Under the pieces are notes generated by a model that saw nothing but the letters and a program-made list of their open reading frames with translations, ran no database searches and was not told where the DNA came from. The translations under genes and the position numbers were made by a program. From Fonticula alba ATCC 38817 (Eukaryota > Protista > Nucleariida), in the NCBI GenBank assembly GCA_000388065.2, contig KB932210.1: 11,836 nucleotides of DNA; one strand, written 5' to 3'. Every line of letters begins with the position of its first letter. The first letter of the stretch is position 1. Of this stretch, positions 1-7,355 are shown piece by piece.

Positions 1-20
1 CGCCGGGCAATCCCCTGCTC

Positions 21-110
21 ATGAGGCGCACTCGCTCTCCGCCGCCCTCCCTGGTCGGGCTGCTGCTGCTGCTCCTGCTGTCGGTGGCCCTGGCCGGCGT
101 GGTGGCCGCC
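21..110 (+). other. Signal peptide of gene 1
   Basis: Basic n-region (MRRTR), Leu7 h-region encoded by (CTG)4CTC(CTG)2 at 60-80, small-residue c-region (LAGVVAA). Cleavage site is approximate. Confidence 0.8.
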
Positions 111-2856
111 ACGCCCGCCCGCCCCGGCCGCGATGCCGTCGCCATGGCGGCCACCTGCGAGCCCGGGTACTACCTCGGCGCGCAGGACACCTGCCTCCTG
201 TGCGACCCCTCGTGCGCCACCTGCTCCGGGCCGGACGTCTGCGATACCTGCCGCACGGGCATGGTCTTCATGTCGATGGACGCCTCGGAGCCCAGCCGCT
301 GCACGGTCCGGTGCCCCCCGGGACAGGTCGCCCTGCAGTCCGGCCGGTGTGGCCCCTGCAGCGCGTCCTGCTCCATGTGCGATGTCCTGCCGAGCCAGTG
401 CACCGTCTGCGCGCCGGAGTACGGCTGGAGCAATGGCAATGCCCCGCCGGTCGGCTCGCAGAACTCCTGCATCCCCTGCCCGGCAAACTGCCTGACCTGC
501 TCCGGCACGCACACGTCCAACCGGTGCTTCACCTGCAACCTCGGGTATGTCCTCTCGCCGCAGGGGACCTGCGTGGCCAGCTGCCCGGACGGCACCGGGC
601 CGGATGCCGACCGGTTTTGCCGGCCCTGCCACGGGTCGTGCGCCACCTGCAAGGGCCCGGCCGCGAACCAGTGCACCTCCTGCCCCCAGGGCATGAGCCT
701 GAGCCCGGGGGCCGATTCGACCGGCACCTGCACCTCCAGCTGTGCCCCCGGCACCTACTTCGATGTCGGGGCCTCGGCCTGTCAGCCCTGCCACGAGTCC
801 TGCGGCTCCTGCTTCGGGCCCGACAGGACCCACTGCCTCGCCTGCCTGGACAAGCGCTTCCTCAAGCGGGGCCAGTGTGTGACTTCCTGCGGCTCCGGCC
901 ACTACCTTCGGGATCTCGCCTGCCACCCGTGCAATCCCTCCTGCAGGTCCTGCGCCGGGCCCCTCTTCACCGACTGCGTCGGCCTCTGTCCGGACTGGAT
1001 GTTCTCCATGCCGGCGGTGGACTCCCCCAAGACCTGTGTTCCCGGCTGCGGCATCGACACCGGGCGCATCAATGGCTTCAACTGCACCCGGTGCGGTGTC
1101 ATGTGCGCCGAATGCGCCGCCAGCGCCGACCCCATGGGCAACATCCAGACCCGGTGCACCCTCTGCGAGGAGGGCTTCAATGTCGACCCGACCGGCAGCT
1201 GTGTCACCACCTGCCCCGAGGGCAGCAGCCGCGTGGGCAACATGTGCCACCAGTGTGCCTCCGGCTGCGAGGTCTGCCTCGACAGCGGGTTCTCCGGCTG
1301 CCTGGCCTGCCGCCAGGACTTGCCGCTGACCTTCAACGGGGCATGCTATGCCACCTGCCCGGATGGCACCTTCCAGTCGGAGCAGACGTGCGTCCGGTGC
1401 GACTCCGCCTGCGCCAAGTGCACCGACGGCGCCGACTATTGCACCCAGTGCCCGGCCGGTCGCTTCCTCATGCCGGATGGCACGTGCGTGGGCGCCTGCC
1501 CGGCTGGCCACTTTGCCCGGAGCGCCGAGTCCGGCGGCCACATTTGCCAGCCCTGTGACAGCTCCTGCGTCGAGTGCGATGCCGCCGACTCCTGCACCGT
1601 CTGCCAGCCCGGGGACAAGCTCCACAAGGGCCGGTGCCTTGACGCCTGCCCGGCGGGGTCGCTTGCCTGCTCGCAGTCGCCCACGTGCATTTCCTGCCCG
1701 GCCGGCTGCCAGCAGTGCGAGCTGGCGGTCGACACGGCGTCCGCCTGCTCGGCCATCTGTGTCCAGTGCAGCGGCGACCTGTACCTGACCACCGGCAAGG
1801 AGGCCTGCGTGGAGCAGTGCCCCCACGGCTCGGTGGCCCTGGCCGGGTCGTTCTACTGCGATGCCTGTGACAGCCACTGCCAGACATGCCGCGACAGCAC
1901 CAGCCAGTGCACCTCCTGCGCCGACCCGACGGCGTGGCTGCGCCAGGACACCGGCGCCTGCGTCGGCGCCTGCCCCTCCATCGGCATGGTCCCGGTGGAG
2001 TTCCCCGGCGCCGCGTTCCCGGACCCGGCCCGCGTGTGCCTCTCCTGCCCGGTGGATTGCGACGCGTGCGCTGCCCCGAAGGGTGCTCCGGAAAAGTGCG
2101 AGCTCCAGGACGACCGGACGCTGGACTGCCCGACGGTCTTTGCCTGCGAGCGGTGCACCGGGCCCCTGCTGCTGGTCTCCCCGCTCGAGTGCTCGGCCGA
2201 CTGCCCGGATGGCACCTTCGCCGACCCGGATGCCGAGCATGGCCCGGTGCCCGCGTGCGTCTCCTGCCCCGAGGGCTGCCTCGAGTGCACCAGCCTCGAC
2301 AACTGCACGGTCAAGTCCTCCAACAACCGCGCGCTCGGTACGTAGTGTTGTTTTCTTCTCTTCTTGTGACAGGCGGCGCGCCCGGCAGGCGGACGCTCCC
2401 ACCAGGCTGCCTCCCCCCCTTCTGACACCCGCGTGGCAACTCGGCTCCTCGCTCAGCCATCGGTCTTGGCGTGGGCCTTTCGCTCTTGGTTCTTCTGATT
2501 GTCGCCGGTGTGGTGGCCATCGTCATGCTGCGCAAGCGCTCCTCCTCCGGCAGCAAGGGTACGTGCCGCTCGCCTGGCGGGCTTTCGCCCTGCCTCTCCG
2601 GGCCCCCGGCGCCCGACACACGCGCGCCCTGCTAACATGCCCTGCCTCTGTCCGGGGCTTGCCCCTCAGACGCCATGCCCATGAACTCCCTCCATGGTAC
2701 GTGCTCGCGCGATGTGCCAGCGCCCCCCGCCATGCGCCCCCGGCCACATTCGCCCCCTCGGCCCTGCTCTCTGCTTTCCTTTGTTTGCCTCTCCTTTGCA
2801 CATACCCCTGACACGCACGCATATGCACCTCCTCAACCTGCCCCCAACCAGGCTAA
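21..2856 (+). CDS. Type I membrane protein with 14 furin-like cysteine-rich repeats (growth factor receptor Cys-rich / PCSK5-CRD / VSP-like), 816 aa spliced; exons 21..2337, 2457..2558, 2670..2696, 2852..2856
   Basis: Signal peptide MRRTRSPPPSLVGLLLLLLLSVALAGVVAA. 14 CxxxCxxC cores counted (CDPSCATC ... CPEGCLEC) with CPxGxF/Y linkers. Strong third-position GC bias. Splicing at three GTACGT...AG introns restores the frame and adds TM AIGLGVGLSLLVLLIVAGVVAIVML and tail RKRSSSGSKDAMPMNSLHG, then TAA (2854-2856). Total 2451 nt = 817 codons including stop. Confidence 0.9.
2338..2456 (+). other. Gene 1 intron 1 (119 nt, phase 1)
   Basis: Donor GTACGT at 2338, branch CTGAC at 2422-2426, first downstream AG (CAG) ends 2456. 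Joining gives G|CC = Ala followed by an in-frame hydrophobic TM. Confidence 0.88.
2457..2530 (+). other. Transmembrane helix of gene 1 (exon 2)
   Basis: 25 mostly hydrophobic residues (AIGLGVGLSLLVLLIVAGVVAIVML) with a GxxxG motif (GLGVG), followed at once by basic stop-transfer RKR. Confidence 0.88.
2559..2669 (+). other. Gene 1 intron 2 (111 nt, phase 1)
   Basis: Donor GTACGT at 2559, branch CTAAC at 2632-2636, first downstream AG (CAG) ends 2669. Confidence 0.82.
2697..2851 (+). other. Gene 1 intron 3 (155 nt, phase 1)
   Basis: Donor GTACGT at 2697, pyrimidine tract about 2763-2797, branch CTGAC at 2808-2812, first downstream AG (CAG) ends 2851. Joining gives G|GC then TAA. Confidence 0.75.
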
Positions 2857-2884
2857 AGCCGCATGTCGGCCCCCACTCGCTCGC

Positions 2885-3040
2885 TGTATGCTTCTCTCTC
2901 GGCCCTCCTCCGCAACGCTGTGCGCCACTGTCCACCGACCTCCCTCGTGTAGAGGCGCCCCTGCGTGGCGGAAGAATACACACCGGGGCACCTTTCGCTT
3001 GTCCATGTGTGCTCCTGTGTATGCGCTTCTGTGTATATAG
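2885..3040 (+). promoter_or_regulatory. Putative 3' UTR / 3'-end processing elements of gene 1 (four TGTA; TGTATATA at 3032-3039)
   Basis: TGTA at 2885, 2948, 3018 and 3032. TATATA at 3034-3039 matches the fungal-type efficiency element, and TGTATATA matches the Pumilio consensus UGUAHAUA. Function is inferred. Confidence 0.35.
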
Positions 3041-3385
3041 AAAGAGGGGGGGGGGGGGTGCGCACATACGCTGTCGACCAGGCTGGGCCCTCTTCGCACC
3101 GTCCTCGCTTGGGCAAGGGCGTGTGCGAGGCCGCGCCGGCCGCCTGCCGGGGCTGCTCCCCAACTGGTGGCCAAGTTGCCGGGCTGGCCCCTGCCCGCGA
3201 GAGGCATGAGCCCCGGCGAGCCCGTCTGCCAGGGGGGGAGTCGAATCGCACGGGGACTGTGGTCGCGGAGGCCGTAAAACCGGGGGAGGCCCTGACCCCT
3301 GGCCATGGTCCGCCAGACGGCCGGGGTCTCTTCCGTGCACGGGGTACACGCAAGGGGTCGGGAAGCGGACTGTCCTCCCCCCCCC

Positions 3386-3400
3386 NNNNNNNNNNNNNNN
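3386..3400. other. Assembly gap (15 N) inside a poly-C tract
   Basis: Ns are flanked by C runs on both sides. The true length is unknown. Confidence 0.97.
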
Positions 3401-3662
3401 CCCCCCACGCTGGCCCACATTAGGACCGGCGTCAGGAAAGCGTGCCCGGAAACCACCGGCGTCCGCGCACACGAGCTCGAACATCCCGCCCAGCCCGAGC
3501 GGGAGCGCCCGCCCAAGGGGCCGTCCCAGAGCGACCGCCTCTGCGTTGGCACTTGACAGGGGGCCAAGCTGGCGCATGCCACACCGGCCCCGATGAATGT
3601 GTGCCGCGCCATTTTCCCCGCCGGGCAGGTCGCCGGACGGAAGCGGCCCACCAGCTGACCGG

Positions 3663-3711
3663 CCCCCCCCCCCCCCCCCCCCCCCCCCCCAGCCCCCCCC
3701 CCCCCCCCCCC
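3663..3711. repeat. Poly-C tract C28-AG-C19 (G-quadruplex potential on the minus strand)
   Basis: Read directly from the sequence. Homopolymer lengths may be imprecise in the assembly. Confidence 0.9.
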
Positions 3712-6360
3712 GCGCCCCAGGCATGGCGCCCTGCAATATTCCCAGACAGCTGGGCCCCCCCTTCGATCGGACGAGCGCCAAGGAAGCGCGCGCCCCCTGT
3801 GTCCAGCCCGCGGGAAACGGCCGCCCTTTCTCGGCGCCCCAGAAGGGACCCCGGCCGAGGCGGGAGCGCGGTGGATTGTCGCCGCCGGCCTCCACCCGGG
3901 CCGCCTCACGCCGCCGTGCCCCAGCGCCCGGCCCGGGGCGTGGGGGTGACGCGCCCTTCTTCCTTGCAAACGCGCCACTCCCCTTCCGGCCGCTGCACCT
4001 GCCCCGGTCGCCGCCTGGCCCGTCGGCGCCTCCTCGCGCCCTGCTCCATGGGCTCTGCCAGTCTCGCCCGGCGCGCGGGCTCCTTGGCCGGGCGGCCGCC
4101 GTGCCTGCTGCCGAAAAGGACGCCGCATGTGCCGATCCCGGCCCCGGGCGAATTCCCCGCGGATATTGAGACGCCCCAAGGCCCGGAGGCGCGCCCTGCG
4201 CTGACGAGCACCACGCCACCCGCACCGGCTCTCCGTTCGCCCGGCGGGACCGTCAGCTGGGGCCTTGCCACAGGCCGAGCCCCGGGGCGCCTGCCTACGC
4301 CCCGTCCCCCTGCTGGGCTGCCTGCTGCAGGGTCCCCCTCGTCGGGTCTGTCACTCGCGCGCCGCCACCTGGCCGCCGCCAACCGTGCTGCATGCCGGGC
4401 ACGGCTGCCTCTCGACCGCAGCGACCCCCGCGACGCCGGCCCTGGGTCCTGGCGCCGGGCCGAGATGCCCCCTTTTGCCGACGGGCATTGCCACCGCGAT
4501 TGCTGCCGGTCTCCATCGCCGTCGCCGGCCCCGGCCGTGGTAAGGCCACGACCGGCCGGTGCCCTGCCTCGGAGGTCTGCCATGTGCCCTGGGAGATGCT
4601 CACCCCGCCGGGCCTCTTCCTGCTGCCCGAAGACCTCCCTCCCCGACCGGCCGAGTGCGCGGCATGCACGCGGACCCGGTGGCCTGGCGACAAGGCCGCC
4701 CACTCTGTCTAGATCACCGGTCGCACGCCCCGCGCCGATCCCTCCCGCCGCCCGGGGGGGGGGGGCTCTGGCATGCCTTCGCCCTCATGAGCCCCCGGCC
4801 ATGGGAGGCGTCCTCGGCCGTGCCCATTTTGCGCCTTTCCATTGGGGGGACCCCCGGTGGTGGGCTCCAGCCAGGTGGCGCACCTACCGGCGGCCTGGGT
4901 GCGCCTCTTCCGGCCCGTACTGTTGTGCCGCCCTCCCGCCGGCGATTTCCATGCTCTCACAAGTGCCGCATGCATGCCTGCCCTCCCCGGGGCCCAGCCG
5001 GCCTTTTTCTTCTTTTTTTTTTTTTCCCGGCGCGCTGGCACGGGAGCTCGGCAGACGAGCCAGCCACTGCGCGGTGCCCGCGATTGGTCTGTGTGTGGTC
5101 GACCGGCATGCAGCCCTGTCTTTCGTCTTCCCTGTGGTTGGAAGCCGCCGCAAAAGGCGCCTGAGGCCCATGTGGGAGGATGGGCGATCGCCCGTGCGCG
5201 TGGTGCCCAGCCGCGGCGGGCAAGGACCAAAGAGGAGGACCCCCGCCAAGACCTCGGAGGGAGTCCCGGGCGTGGCAGGCGGCAGGCACACCGCACACCC
5301 GGCCAGCGGGCACGGGCCAATGCTTTGAGCCTTTCGCCCGCCGCACGGCACGTCCCGGCCGGGTCACCGGAGGCCGGTCAAAGCGTGGGCACAAAGCGCG
5401 TCGCCCCTGGCAGGCCCGCCAGGCCGGTTCTGGCATTGCAGCACGCGCCTCGAGCCACAAGGGCGTGGTCGATCGGTGGCGACTAAAAGCCGGCTTTTTT
5501 ATTCGCTCCCTCCTGTCCGGCGTGGGTGTGTCCCCCCCCCCCCCCTCTCTCTTACAGCACGGGCGCCCGACACCCGGGCGCAATAGGCCCCCATGGGTCG
5601 GGCTCTTTTCCATGGCCATGGCACGGTGTTTCGGAGCTTGCCCACAGCCCCACGGCCATGGAGGGGACCGCAGCCGTCCTGCTTGGTGCTCGTGGCGGTG
5701 TTTTTTCTTTCTTTCGCACCTACACCAACAGGCACGCCCGAGTTGAGGTGGCCGCCCCGTGTGCCGGGCCTGGGCCTGCCTCGCGGCTGGCAACCGGCCA
5801 CGAGGTTGCCTGCCGGGCGTGGCTCCTTGCGCTCTCCTCCCTCCCTGGAACCAGTAGGCAGCGCGACAGCCGCTCGCTCGAGCATGGCGGTCGGCACCGG
5901 CCAACCGGGTCCGTGCCACGGCTCTCTCCCCAGCACAGACGGCCCAGCCCCCTCACGGCGTGCGCATCACTCGGCGGCCGCACAGGCTTTCCCCTCTGGT
6001 CATCCCGATGCCGGGACACTCCCTGCCGCCGGGCCCCCGGTCGATGTTCATGCCGGCAGCCGATGCCCCAGGGCGAGGGGCTGCTTTTGTTGCCCGCCTA
6101 CATGCACGCGCACGCCGGCCGGCCAGACCCCTGCCCAGGGCAGCCCGCCGCTTCGCCCATGGTTTCCTCTCGACCGGCTGCCCTCTGCCTCCGCGGGCAC
6201 CTTTGCCCTGTCGCCCGGGTCTAGGCGTCGTCTGTGCGCAGCTTGCCTTCTCCCTACCCCACCCCCCGGTTGGGGCCGCGCTCCGGCCTCGGTCCCAGGC
6301 GCGCAGGCATGCCAGCCGGGCCGGCCACCAGGCTGCGCAATGCACAGGCGCCCCAGCTCC

Positions 6361-6411
6361 GCGGGCCGGCATCTCGCGCGGGCCGGCACCTCGCGCGGGC
6401 CCGCATCTCGG
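6361..6411. repeat. 17-bp tandem repeat, 3 copies (GCGGGCCGGCAYCTCGC)
   Basis: 6361-6377 GCGGGCCGGCATCTCGC; 6378-6394 GCGGGCCGGCACCTCGC; 6395-6411 GCGGGCCCGCATCTCGG. Confidence 0.85.
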
Positions 6412-7355
6412 GTGCACGGCGCCCATCGGCCAAGCCGGCCCCGGCCCGGGCATATGCCCGACGGCACCTCGCCCGCCCTGCTCGCCAGCTCCCCCGCACG
6501 CGCTTCGGCCCCTTCCCCCCGGCCCTGCATAGATGCTCGCGGCCCGGCTCCACATCTGCCACCTCCCGGCCCCACTACTCCCCGCAACACCCGAAAGGCC
6601 ACACCCTCTCGCTCCATCCGCTGGCTCCGGCCATCCCCTTGCCGCATGCGTGCCCCCGGGATGCATCCCCTTGGCCCGGCCCGGGGTCGGCCCGGGGGTC
6701 TTGGAGCGTCGCCACGCGACCCCTGGACGGGGCCTGGCAATGCGCAGGCAAGCGGCCGCATGAGTGTGTCGCACCCGCCACAGGGCGGCGGTGCCGCAGC
6801 GCTCGTCGGTGTCTCGGATCACATGCCCAGGCACGCGACCCGCCGCACCACAGTCACCAGGGGTCCGCATGAGCCGGCCAGACATCACGCCCGCCTCGGC
6901 CATGGCTCATGCCAACGGGCCGGGGGCATTCTCTCCAACCGGGCGGATGCCAACGGTGATGAACCCGGCCGATGGCCGCGCCCGAGGCCGCCGGCCCAAA
7001 GGTGATCCCGCCCCCCGCCGACGCACATGGACATGGCGAAGAGGGGGATCTCGCTCGCCAATGGCGTAGGGCGCCTGGAACTGGGCCAGGCTCCGGTCCC
7101 GGGGGCCCGGCCAGCGGCGCCATCCGGCTGACGCCCGCTGCCCCCGCCGACGCGGAACCACAAAGCAAGGTGCGGCAAGCGACCACCCCCCCCCGAGATG
7201 GGCCCGTTTCCGGCCCCCAGAGAAGGGACCCCCTCTTCCCTGACACCCTCGCTGGGTCTCTCCAGCTCCGCCCCGCCCCCCCCCCGTCCTCCCTCCCGCC
7301 TACGGCACCCGTCCCTGGCTTTCCCCTCCCCCCCCCCGCCCCCCTCTCCCTCGCG

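Noticed and set aside
21-2345. Calling gene 1 PCSK5/furin, R-spondin or FRAS1
   Set aside because: Only the FU repeats are shared. There is no subtilisin, TSP1, vWC or CSPG domain, so no gene symbol was assigned.
200-2811. Overlapping alternative-frame and antisense ORFs over gene 1 (e.g. 200..1558, 1861..2811, 1853..2428)
   Set aside because: Shadow frames of a high-GC3 gene, with no protein features.
5461-5500. tRNA or snRNA upstream of the T6 run
   Set aside because: No cloverleaf, no intact GTTCGA B-box, and no U1/U2/U5/U6 signature sequences.
6361-6411. CRISPR-like array
   Set aside because: The repeats are directly adjacent with no spacers, only three units, and the context is eukaryotic.
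6447-6669. Perfect palindromes CGGGCATATGCCCG (6447-6460) and GGGATGCATCCC (6658-6669) as stand-alone elements
   Set aside because: A rough estimate gives about one 14-bp palindrome by chance in 4.5 kb at this GC content. No flanking TIR/TSD structure indicates a MITE.
2666-7005. Long intergenic ORFs (2666..4225 -, 2833..4179 -, 3442..5328 +, 5593..7005 + and others)
   Set aside because: They run through homopolymers (two through the N gap), are dominated by R/P/G/A, occur in many frames at once, and lack the codon periodicity of the two real genes. A small or spliced gene cannot be fully excluded without RNA data.
6972-7355. Upstream ATG extending gene 2 by 128 aa
   Set aside because: The extension is Pro-rich translation of C-run DNA and would bury the signal peptide. 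ATG 7356 is preferred but not proven.
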